NCBI GenBank assembly: GCA_964035545.1
Contig: OZ037768.1
Location: 23,221,319-23,285,318 of the forward strand
Origin: Bugula neritina
Taxonomy: Eukaryota > Animalia > Bryozoa
DNA length: 64,000 nucleotides
Direction: 5' to 3'
The notes under the pieces were generated by a model. The model was not told the origin of the DNA and ran no database searches. It was given only the letters and a program-made list of their open reading frames with translations. Within the stretch, counting starts at the first letter, position 1; every line of letters starts with the position of its first letter. Positions 41,114 through 54,300 of this stretch are shown piece after piece. A program made the position numbers and the translations under genes.

Positions 41114-44100
41114 ATGATGGAAGTGGACCTTGAGTTGTTAAGCTTTCTTCTGCAGATTATATCTGTTGCCAATATTGCTGCAGGAATGTATGTATGCTTT
41201 TCTCATTGTCTTAGATATTAAAATTGTTGCATTATACAAATACAATTTGCTGATATTGAATTGGCCATCAATTGATTGTAGTCCAAGAAATATTCTTCTA
41301 GTATGATTCCATTTGCTATGCATATGGGAATTAATTGGGTTTATTGGTTGTTATCTAGTTAAATGTGTTTTTCTATGTGTCAATCGTGTATGGTTAAACC
41401 TACTACTGTACTGTTTTACTGCAGAAGTTGATAAATGCATTTCCTGTTCAGACATTTTAACTTTTCAATAAAATAAACTTGAAAAATTGAAATCGCCACT
41501 CATTTGCCAGGAAAGGCTGAAGAAGGATTGCCCCCTAATTTAAATATAACTTATAACTTAAGTTGTGAAACAATAAATTTACTAGACTAGAGTTTGTATC
41601 TTGCTAATGTTACATTGAGCTCTACTTTGATCCATTGAGTTCTATTTGAGTACAAAATGATTATGAAGTACTCTGCTGTTTGTTATAAAAATTCACCAGA
41701 CCTTATTGTTAGTTAGACGACTCCTGAGAGTTGGCCTCTTTTTGACTAATAATTTGATTCATTGTAGCCCAGGTTCTTTGACCTTATGGAAGACAGGAAA
41801 TACCGAAGGCTGGCCTACCCTGTTCTTCATTATTGGTCTGTGTGGGTAGGTACTATGGCTATGTGCACCTGCTGAGAGCTTCACTTGTCTCAGACATGTT
41901 AATTAGAAACATGTGGCTGCAGGTGTCTAGTCTTTACACAGTCTATACTATACAGTATGCTACTCTATACTATACTGTATACTACTCTATACTATACAGT
42001 ATACTACTCTATACTATACAGTATACTACTCTATACTATACTGTATACTACTCTATAATATACAGTATAGTACTCTATACTATACAGTATACTATTCTAT
42101 ACTATACAGTATACCACTCTATACTATACAGTATACTTCTCTATACTATACAGTATACTATTCTATACTATACAGTATAATACTCTATACTATACAGTAT
42201 ACTACTCTATACTATACAGTATATTACTCTATACTATACAGTATACTACTTTATACTATACAGTATACTACTCTATACTATACAGTATACTTCTCTATAC
42301 TATACTGTATAATACTCTATACTATACAGTATACTACTCTACACTATACAGTATATTACTCTACACTATGCTATACTGTATAATACTCTATACTAATATT
42401 ATATTCACTAAACAGTGCTATTGATTTCGCAATGGAAGTATTATTGCATTTGTTACACTTTTTCATCTTTAAGTTACATTTGCCTTCCCTGAAGTATTAC
42501 AGTTATTATATGAACTGATTATGTAGAGCAGCGGGTATGCTGGTATACGGAGTTTTCCTGGATAACTTCACGGTGAAACTTAGCGCAGGACTTGGTGTGT
42601 TAGCTAATATATATTACATCATCACCTTTCTCCTCGTCTCCAGTAAAAAGGTTTGCTATTCACCATAATATTCGTATATTCTCTGCACCGATATCTACAG
42701 CCCAAGTATCTAATTTCTATACAAAATATTAGTAACTTTCTTGTGCTGGCTACACTCATGAAAATTGACTGTAAAATATACGAGCTTAAAAGGAAATAAA
42801 TAGAACAGGTCAAGTAAAGTAAATTAAAAATTATAATGTGTTCTTTCTAAGCTTTCAGTCTACATTTTCTAAACCCTTAGTCTATGTTGCACTTGCCACT
42901 CGACCAAACATACTGGTCTACATGTTCAAAGCATAGTTTAATGATACATTTAATGTTATTTTATATTTTGTGCCACAGAAGTGCTGTTTGAGTCATCCAA
43001 TAGGATTTCACAATGTAGCTAAGTATGACCCACTGGTTGCCCTGTGTGAGGGTGTGCTCCATTTTTAGCCCAGTTTTCTGTTGGGTGGTGGTTGTAGCCG
43101 TCTCGTCTGAGTTGTGTTGACTGCCTCCATTTACCCATCGGTCCTATTCATCACTCTATCCACATCTCTATCTGTCTGTCTGTATATTCACATCTCTATG
43201 TGTCTGTCTGTATATCCACATCTCTATCTGTCTGTCTGTATATTCACATCTCTATCTGTCTGTATATCCACATCTCTATCTGTCTGTCTGTATATTCACA
43301 TATCTATCTGTCTGTATATTCACATATCTATCTGTCTGTCTGTATATTCACATCTCTACCTGTCTGTCTGTATATTCACATCTCTACCTGTCTGTATGTC
43401 CACTACCCCTTCAGTTGTATAATTTCCTTTACTGTGTTCTAGATACTTCCTACTATTCTCATTATATAAAAGCTCAACAATCACATCCCTCCCTCTTCAT
43501 TAATATTAATTTACATAATTTACATTCACTAGTACTCTGTGGTTAAGATAAGATGGTAAAGTAGCCAACACCCTCATTTACTTACAGAGGACAGAGCTGG
43601 GATACCTGGCTGTCGCGGCAGCTTACCTGACTTGTCTCGCAGGTGTTAGTCTGCTGTATTATAAAAACAATCAGGTGGACCAAATGCTCAATGTGATTGG
43701 CTCAGCCTCAACTACCGTCTTCTTCCTTATGAATGCTTCCACGGTACTGGACGTGGTAAGATTTATGTTTTTTTGAAGGCTTTCTCTCAATATCGACCTT
43801 CACTGCCGCAAATACTAGTACACATCTGCCGACTCTCCCAGTTTGGAGTTGCCCACCCACACAAAAGTTGCTCATGTATACTTTTATATTTAGATGCCGA
43901 TGCAATACAATTATTACTGTTAAAAAACTGTAAGAACTTTGAAAAGTAAAAATAATTTTAATATTCAAAAGATGACTGCAATGCTAGTGTGTATAATGAG
44001 TACTATAAGCACATCTACTGATGCTTAGAAACATGACGGCTAAGGAAGTGACTGAGGGAGACAACTTCAGTTTGTATTAACTCTTTAACTGGCGGAAAAT

Positions 44101-44689
44101 GTCAACTGCTAAGACATTATGTGAGAACGCTGCCTTGTAGAAGATCTTATTATTTCTGCTTATAAGCTAACTTTATTTTGCTTTAATTTCATTAGCTACA
44201 CTTTATGCTCACTGTGTAGATTGATGTCGTTCAGAAGAAAGTAATTTCCTTTGATCTGGTTATGTTGTTCTTTGGACTAGCCAACTCTACCCTTTGGATA
44301 TTATACGGATATCTTCTGAGAGATATGTTTCTCTATGTAAGTCTACCTCTCACTCAGTGCTTTCAGCTTTGCCTAAGTTTCTGCACCTGTTCTGTTGCTT
44401 ACACAATTATTACTAACTGTTGTGGCTGTACTTTGTAGTTATCATCTCTTTTTCAAGTAGTGCCACCAACTACTGTGAGCATCACAGTCCTATTAGTGTA
44501 GGCCCTAGGGCGTGAGCAAATTTACAATAAACTATAATACATGGGTGCATAACTCCAACAACTGGTAGAATTAAATGCCGTTCTTTATTACAGGCTCCAA
44601 ACCTTCCCTTTGTTGTAACTGGTATGCTGAAGATTTTGCTACTGACAGTCTACCCAATGACCAGCAAGAAGAACCTGAAATCTGATTAG
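41114..44689 (+). CDS. SLC50A1: SWEET sugar-transporter family protein (SLC50A1-like), ~218 aa, divergent
   Basis: Not in the ORF track. Exons 41114-41187, 41768-41845, 42527-42650, 43588-43755, 44220-44336, 44594-44689 splice in frame: MMEVDLELLSFLLQIISVANIAAGIPGSLTLWKTGNTEGWPTLFFIIGLCGAAGMLVYGVFLDN...LWILYGYLLRDMFLYAPNLPFVVTGMLKILLLTVYP. Two MtN3/saliva repeats, about 7 TM. Confidence 0.88.
41944..42395. repeat. 22-bp minisatellite (TACTCTATACTATACAGTATAC) x ~20 in SWEET intron
   Basis: Visible tandem array. Confidence 0.95.
43157..43400. repeat. 24-28-bp minisatellite (CACATCTCTATCTGTCTGTCTGTATATT) x ~9
   Basis: Visible tandem array in SWEET intron. Confidence 0.9.
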
Positions 44690-45364
44690 ACTCAGAATAT
44701 CATTGCTCTGCATGTTAACCTAGGATTGTAGTAAACTAGTTAGTGATAGATCTATTCAATCTGCCATTTTTTCTTTTTGCTGGATAAAATATTTTTAGAT
44801 TTTGCTTTTCATATATAGTTTATCAAATTGTCTACATTTGTTTATTAGGTATGTATTATTCTGATATAGCCAATTAGTTGATCTAATTTACAAAAAAGCC
44901 AGGTGAATGTTTTCACAAAGTTTGGCAAGGCTTTTTTCTAGTATTAGTAGCATTCTGTGTCAGTTTTTCTAACAATTATAACTTTGTATTTGTAAAAATG
45001 AATGTAGTTTTAGGTATTATTGGCTGTACATACCATAGCCACTTTAATATGCATATTCATGATTCACCAAAGTCATTTTCCTACTGGTGCTTACATACAA
45101 CTAAAAATAAACTTGACAGAAACACGTATGCTGAGTGGCATTTCATTCACTATAGTTTTATATACAGTTGGAATAGAGTTCATGAGTCACTAGAAATTAA
45201 AGAGACAATTTTGATATAGTATTAAGTTATCAATAGGCAAGCAAACTTTGTTTTCTCAAAGTTTTACAGGAAGTCATATGTACAAGGAGAGGGAGAGAGA
45301 AGGTAAATCTAGCAGTGAAATATGGTTCCTAAATTCTTGTGATATTCTTAGTGACCACTTGCTT

Positions 45365-48300
45365 TCAGTAAGGGGAGTAGTATCCACGCCCCCTACCCCT
45401 AAAATAATACATCACATCTGGTTACCAAACAATATAGCAAATCTTTTGTAAAAAAAAGAGGTGAACAGCCTAATCTAAGAAGTATGTAGATAATATAGTG
45501 CAGGAAATCAATACGAACTTGAAACAATTTTATAGTAATGGCTTTTGTTAACATTTTGTTACCAGTAGGCTATGCTTATATGCAAATGATAATGTTAAAG
45601 CAAGAGAACACAACTTCACAAATACTGCCAATTTCTTGCTATGAAGAAACAGTTGGGTCACTAAATAAGCTATAAGTTGTAGAAAATAATAATAAAGTGA
45701 GCAAGTTTGATACATACCTGTATCCACCCCTGTATGACGAGCGTCCTCTATACCCCCTATAACCACGAGATCTAAACCTTCCTCTCCCTCGTGGGGGACG
45801 GTTTGTGGAACTGTGTCCAGGTATGTTGGTACGTTTGGAGACAACCTACACAACCAGTCACTTGCAAGTTAGAACGCACTTGATAAACAGAGAGAGGAAT
45901 TGAGTGTTAGTTGAGGGCCAATTTTGAGAATATGTTAAAATCACTTGACCTGTAATTTTTACAGGACAGAATAATGTTCAAAATTTTGATTAATTTCAAT
46001 AAATTATGCATCAAAGATATTCAGGTATTCTGCTTAGTACTTATGTGTTTTTTTTCAGCAAAGATATTCACAAGATATAGGGAGCTAGTATTATGAATGT
46101 ATTCTCACGCTATAGACAAGACTATCAGAGTGTAAAATATGCCAGTTTATACAATCAGTGTGCATCCAAGTGTAGAATAATAAACCAGAGCAAAAGACTA
46201 GCACACAGAGTAGAGAGGGGCAGGGTAGTAGAGGGAGGGGGAGAGTAGAGAGAGGAGGGTAGTAGAGGAAGGGGAGAGTAGAGGGAGGGGAGAGTAGAGG
46301 GAGGGGAGAGTAGAGGGAGGGGAGAGTAGAGGGAGGAGGGGAGTAGAGAGGGAGGAGGGTAGTAGGATGAGGGTAGTAGAGGGGGGTACCTTAATCTGAC
46401 GGCCCCTGAACAATGAGTCATCTAGTGCTTGTGCTGTTTCAACAGACTCCGTGTCAGTAAACTCTATGTAAGCGTACCTGAATGTAGCATATTATATAAT
46501 ATATATTACAGTAAATTTTATGTAAGCGTACCTGCATGTAATATAATATATATTACAGTAAACTCTATGTAAGCGTACCTGCATGTAATATATATTACAG
46601 TAAACTCTATGTAAGCGTACCTGCATGTAATATAATATATATTACAGTAAACTCTATGTAAGCGTACCTGCATGTAATATAATATATATTACAGTAAACT
46701 CTATGTAAGCGTACGTGCATGTAATATAATATATATTACAGTAAACTCTATGTAAGCGTACATGCATGTAATATATATTACAGTAAACTCTATGTAAGCG
46801 TACATGCATGTAATATATATTACAGTTTAGAAATTATAGTGCACCAATAAACTCCTTACGAGGTACAGAAAACACTGCGGCTGCACAAAAACTACTTTGC
46901 TGAAGAAACTGGATCAACTATCAACTTATTGATGCGACACACCAAACACATGGATGTACCAACTATCTGCAGCAAATAGTAGAAATAACACTAGACTCAC
47001 CCTTTGGGATGACCGCTATATTTATCACAGTTAATTGTGACTCTGTTTATTGAACCGCAACCGTGAAAGTGACTTTCTAATTCCTCGGCTGTGGCCCCAT
47101 AATCCACCTGCAAATGTATGAAAGTACATACTATACGATATGAGAGTATATACTATACAGTATGAGAGTATATACTATACGGTATGAGAGTATATACTAT
47201 ACAGTATGAGAGTATATACTATACGGTATGCGAGTATATACTATACAGTATGAGAGTATATACTATACAGTATGAGAGTATATACTATACAGTATGAGAG
47301 TACATACTATACAGTATGAGAGTACATACTATACAGTATGAGAGTATATACTATACAGTATGAGAGTATATACTATACAGTATGAGAGTATATACTATAC
47401 AGTATGAGAGTATATACTATACTGTATGAGAGTATATACTATACAGTATGAGAGTACATACTATACAGTATGAGAGTACATACTATACAGTATGAGAGTA
47501 CATACTATACAGTATGAGAGTATATACTATACAGTATGAGTATATACTATACAGTATGAGAGTATATACTATACAGTATGAGAGAATACTATACAGTATG
47601 AGAGTACATACTATACAGTATGAGAGTATATACTATACAGTATGAGAGTATATACTATACAGTATGAGAGTATATACTATACAGTATGAGAGAATACTAT
47701 ACAGTATGAGAGTATATACTATACAGTATGAGAGTATACACTATACAGTATAAGAGTATATACTATACAGTATGAGAGTAAATACTATACAGTATGAGAG
47801 TATACACTATACAGTATAAGAGTATATACTATACAGTATGAGAGAATACTATACAGTATGAGAGTATATACTATACAGTATGAGAGTATATACTATACAG
47901 TATGAGAGTAAATACTATACAGTATGAGAGTATACACTATACAGTATGAGAGTATATACTATACGGTATGAGAGTATACACTATACAGTATGAGAGTATA
48001 TACTATACAGTATGAGAGTATATATGTATACACTAACATTTCCAACGTATATTGACCGAGCATCAACTTCCTTCTTCTCCTCGGGAGATAGAAAAGTGGG
48101 CGGGGCTGTAGGCGTGGCCGTAGGACTGGTCATGTTCATCTCCTCTGCGTGGTACTGTTTCAACCTGCTAGCTTCCTCCTCCATCTCTTTCATCTTCATC
48201 CTAATTCTCTCTAAACTCTACAGCATTACACTTATCTGGTAAGTAATATGCTTATACTAACTATGAACTACAAATACCCACCGCTGTAGTCTGAGTTACA

Positions 48301-51300
48301 ACATTATAAAATGACACAGGGCCATCTGTAAATATTGAAACGGCTTCAGAGTTTAATCTAGAATAACTGATGACAATTACACAGAAATCTGTTTTTACTG
48401 TTATCTAGACCGTCTATTCTACAACGCAGTTCACAACATATGCCTGGGACATACCACAGGCATGTTTCAACATTTCTTCATGAGTCAGTAGCTACAACTT
48501 TAAAGTTAGGGGCAGCACTTGTACTATAATGTGAAACTGGCTAACAGCTTTGCTATGGCTAAGACCTTATATATTTCAAGTAATACGCTATAACAGTCAA
48601 CTTTAATTTTGGCCTCATTGAACGCAAAATATAGAAAAACCTTAAGCATAAAATACTCAATTTAAAACATAAAGCAGAGCATGGCTAAATTATATATTCA
48701 AATTTTATATTAGTTAATATATTTATCATTGGAACTAATTTTCCTTGACTAGACCAAATGTAGATTCAACTGTAGCTGGGACTTAGTCTAAGTCAAATCA
48801 TTATATTAATGACTAGCTACTAGAACATCTGTAATAGTAAAACTAATGAATGAGATGATTTACTTCTGGTCTAATAGTAATAGAAACCTCAAATAAGAAA
48901 ACATCTCCCAGTTACTTTTAAAACTCTAGTTGTAGATTAACAATAACGTAAAACTAAATAACAACGTCTAAACTTATTACTTAAAGACTAAAAGAGTATC
49001 ATCATAATGATAATCATTATGATTATCAATATGAGTATGAATTATCATTATCATTATGAATATCGATATAAAATTAAATATTTACATTTTAATTAATTAA
49101 TATAATTATTTCAACTTAATCAAACTGATGATATTGATCATTAGACTGAATGATTAGACTTACTCTTACAGTTAGTGTTACACAGTTTGACTTTGAGTTA
49201 TACTTAACTTTAAAGGCCGTAAGCATCCAGGTTATTTATGACATTTGAGCAAAAGTTTGCATGCTTTTCAACTGTTTTATCAGCATTTTATCCAATTTCT
49301 TATACGAAAACACTACAAAAATGCAAGTAAAAGTGGTCATATTAGGTGTCTTAGACTTGCCCAGACTTGCCCGCGAGCTTGCCCTCCGTGTCCTATTCTG
49401 ACGTGGGGATGGCAAAATAGCCCTATTGTAGCGTGAGTTTATATCGCGTAAAGTTATTAAGAAGCGGGTTTGTCACAGATTCTCGTTATTCGTAGCTCAA
49501 ATCACATGCATGTTACTCTTCGGGCGGCTACTAATAACTAACGTTAGCTACGCAACATCAAGAAAGGTAACTAATTTGACTGTTTTCAAATGGACTATTC
49601 CATTTCGCTAGTTTGTAACTTGCTGTAAATCACAAAATAATTATTTTTCCTATTTTAATTTCAATTATCATGTCGACCACACTACCAGAAAATCACTCTT
49701 AAATATGCAGTAAATGATGATTTTCAACCGTTTTGTGATGAACTATAGGTTAGTAGTTGTCTACGTAAAAACAAGTTTTAAAATTTGTAATTGAATCAGT
49801 GAATCACAGTATCACTATCACTTATCAGTATGAGTATCACTAGTCTATGTCTATGACTCTCACTCTAAGTCTATGACTATCGCCTATTAGTATTGGTGAA
49901 CTATTATTAATAATATCCAATGGTTATATTTATTAATACCATTATTAGTCATAATGATAATCATATGACAGTATCAGTATGTTAATGTTACGGAGCAGGA
50001 TCAGTTTCGAAACTAATACTTGTAATATTAGTTATAACTATAAGTATAAGTTATACCGATAGCATTAGCTATATTAACATAAATATTTATATTCATAGTA
50101 ATACTAACAGCAAATCTAATATTATTATGTTAATAGTTATACTTGTAAGTTATAATATAGAGCAAACGACACAAGTATTAATTTGAACTGTTGGTCTTAA
50201 AATAAAAAGTAAAATAAATGTAAATAATAAAATATAAATTATAATAATTTAATTATACTAATACTAATAGCAATACTTATACAGTAATATAATTATAATA
50301 AATTTAAAAAAACTTAAACAACTTTAGATTTAAGGAACAATTTTAAATACAAACATAAAGATAACATTAAATAATTATAATCATAATGATCATAACAATA
50401 AATATAATTATGATTCCAATAATTATCAATATATTATATAATATTTAAATTATTTTAATTTATAATTATAATCATAATTTTTTTATTTATAGTGAATAAA
50501 TTCAATTTGACATAATAACTATAATATTATAAAGCAGTCAGTCTATCTCTAATGCTGATTGATATTCAAATTGTTATGACTGTATCATCATTCACTAACT
50601 CTAAGAGTAAGTGACTACAATTATTAGTATCAATGTTGTGTTAGAGTACTATACCCATTGGAATTTTGATATATCCATTATATTTACAACTCTGCCTGTT
50701 ACAGCTATAAATAAATTGAACCAAAATACCAACAGTGCCTAATCATCGCCTTATTTATAAAATAATCACAATCATAATGCTCAAGTTAATAGATTGGAAA
50801 TTATTGAAAATTATGTTGATGCCAATATAAATATGACATTGTATGTATCCAAGTAGTGATGTTGTAATATATCTTGGAAGATAATTACAATATAATAAGA
50901 GTTAAATTCCTCTACGTAACTTTTTTTGCAATTATTCCTTAGAATAACTATAACTTATACTCCTAACATTTAGCAGCGCATTAGTTTTAGATAGAGCTAC
51001 TAATTGTATTTATTGCATGTGAAGGTTAGTTATTCTCCATCAGCTGCATGAATGTGACTGGTAAATTCTGTAACCTTTGGCAGTAATAACTTTGTAGCAT
51101 AAATTAGACACATTTTTATAAAAATACATAATTTTAATGCTATAGCTGCTAGTAATTCTAATGGGTGTAATAATATTACAGCATTAATTTTTATTTTGTT
51201 CATGCTTCATGAAGCATTTTCTAAATTCTTTTTTGAATAAATTTCTACAATACATATAATGTGCTGAATAGATTACATATGTTGGGGTTCTTCCTATACT

Positions 51301-54300
51301 GCAGCTCAGCCTACACTCCCGCCACAAATGTTCCTAAACTACTAGCTTCATCAGGATACGGATTGATGGAGCTGTATTGATAAAAACTTCTCTTTTTAGC
51401 AGTAGAGGCATCATGAAAAAAAAGGTAAGTATTTTACTCAATAAGAATGCGGTTTTTTACTTCTACAAATTTGATAGCCTACACTATTCTATTTAAATGG
51501 AGACTGGTCTGACATAATGTGTCTGCAATTTATTAGTTATAATATAGTAAATACTATGCGGGCCTATAGATCAAATGGCTCAAAAAAAAATTAAATAAAA
51601 TATTACACAATGCTGTATTTATTAGCAATGTGATACTTAGCAACTAATTTCACATTATTATTGTTTGCAAAGTTTTATATATCTACATATGTTTGTTCAA
51701 TTCAGTGTTCTGAAGAAGAAGGTTCCAACAGCAGGGAAAAGCCTTGAACAAGATATTATGTTCTACATCTCCAACTCATTTTAACTTTGCTGGTCAGTTC
51801 ATTGTGTATCTGGAGCATAGTTTTGTATTTTCAAGTAGTTCATCAGATACCTTTGTAGATAGTAAAGATTAAAATGTTTGTGCAATGATGTCCATAATGT
51901 TGAACTGATTTATTGAAACTAAAACTGTTCTTAATTATAACAAAACTTGACAATCTTTACATAAAGAATAATGTCCTATAATCTATCTTCATTGTAAACA
52001 AAATTAGAAAGTTCCACATCAGCAAATTGTTTATCATCATCTGTAGGTGGAAGAAGCTTGCACTCAGTTATAAAGGCAAGCTGACGGTGGTTTTCTTTGC
52101 CTTCTATGAAGATTTGGAAAGAGCCAGAAAATTAATACTCTATAACTGCAAAACCATGTTGTAGTGTCTTGTGTTATTGATTGAATCATCTAAAAGAAAA
52201 ATTGTTGTATCATTATAATTTTACTGTTAAAATGAATTAGCAAATCTACTTATCTTGGTAAATATATTCAAGAACAAATACTATAGTGTAACTCAGTTTT
52301 GGTTATGTGTATGCTCCTTAAGCGAATTTACAGCAGATATCAAACTATATATTAGAGACTGATATAGGAATTAAATTTAAGCTAACCATGATGATGTAAA
52401 TAGCTGTTGAATGTGACTTCGAGAACTCTGCTGGCCATGTCAGTTCAAATACACCAGGGTGATATGTTACGAATGTCATGTCATTATTGAAATTCAGCTT
52501 TTTCAAGTGCCTCTTCACAACTCTGGCAGCATTCTGACTGCTCCTTAGCTTTCTGCGCCTGAAATTTCTTCTACTTGCACCATTCTTCTATTGGTGGAAT
52601 GTTAGCCTATAACAAACAGGTGTACCAAAGCTAAAAAATATCTAATTCACTGCACTAGGATATTATTCAACTCATTTAAATTTAATATATAGTAGTAAAA
52701 CAATCACATACTTGTATTTATTTTATCAGCTTTACTTTACAAAGCTGAACCATATGATTTAGTAACTTGTCACCATAATAAACATTGTACAACATACAAG
52801 TTGAAAACCTGATGTGATTGCTTTTTTAATAGAATATACATCACAAACATGTTACTTTGATAAGCGTGTTCATAATAAAAGTATTAAACCAGTTTGAAAA
52901 AAATTATTTTGTTATGTAATGGATCACAAAACTACATAATTTTAGACCTGTAGCTTGATGTTCTTCAAGCAACGGGCTGCTATGACTAATTAATTTTCTA
53001 TCATTGCATTTGATTGTTCTACTCATAGTGTATTGGCGAGTTAAAATTATTGGTAATTTAATGTATATTTTAGCTACCTCTGTACAATCAATGTTATAGT
53101 AATATCAATTAGGTTTTAAATTTCACTGAGTTTATAGTAAATTATTGCAACTGTTACATAACATTTGGCTAGTTCTCTAGTTCATTAAATAACCATACAA
53201 ACTTAAATTTACAACATGACAAAACACACAAAGCAAAATTAAAATAAGCATATTATGAACCAATGTAATTGATAAGTGATAATGCTGTTGTAAAACATGA
53301 ATTATCAAATTTAAATAGTTGTTATTACTATTAGTATTACTATCATTATAACAACTATAATCATTATTACTATTACTATTAGTATTAGCATTAGTAGTAA
53401 AAAATGAGTAGAGTTCAACATATACAATCTAGCGTACTATAAAATTAAAAGTAGAAGTAGAACTTCTAAAACTATCATCTGCATCATTATCAGAACTATG
53501 AGTAATACTAGTAGTTGTACTAAGAGTAATACTAATTATTAATACTAATAGACAATAGTAATAGTATCACTATGAGTATGAGACTTGGGCTGGCAGTGAT
53601 TATCAGTATCAGCATCGTCATAGTCAAAAGTTACAAGAATTAGAAGCCATATTCATATTGATATTCTCATTGAGTTATGCATAGTCATATTCATAGTAAT
53701 AGACATAGTCAATCACTGATTGAGTTAATGTCATAGTGATACTCATACTCATTATAATTAATTTATACGATACTCATACTCATAGTTATAGAGTATCATA
53801 GTCATAGTGACACTTCACCGTGAATTTAATAATAATTTTAATTTAATATTATCATTGTTGCTAATGCGGGCTAGTAAGACATAATATTACCATTAGTAAT
53901 GGTAATATTATGTCTTACTCTTAGTCTAACAGCAGCTTTATGAAAAAGTTAAACATAACTGATAACAAAACAAATTTAAAAAATAATACTGTAACAACCA
54001 ATATAATGTATATCAATATGCTAGCAACCTAATTTTCAGCTCACTTCATTAACTTTCCGTGCAGTATTGTGATGAAATAATATATTTATTAATGGTGACC
54101 TTGACATCTTTGTCCAAACGCCTTTCACGTCAAGCCCCGAACCAATTTGTAAAAATTTTGGATTTTTTACTTTTGATTATTTTTTACGAAAAGAGCTTCA
54201 AAATAAATTTAAAAAAAAGTGAGCTGTTGTCCACATGAAAAGAAATATATGAGCCAATTTTCTAAATTCAAAAAGTTACCAGAGGGTCACAATATTTTTT

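Noticed and set aside
40840-43442. Cys/Tyr-rich ORFs at 40840-41106, 41833-42180 and 43114-43442
   Set aside because: All are translations of intronic minisatellites within SWEET.
33984-48022. Tandem arrays as possible CRISPR arrays
   Set aside because: Units are contiguous with no unique spacers, there are no cas genes, and the DNA is eukaryotic.
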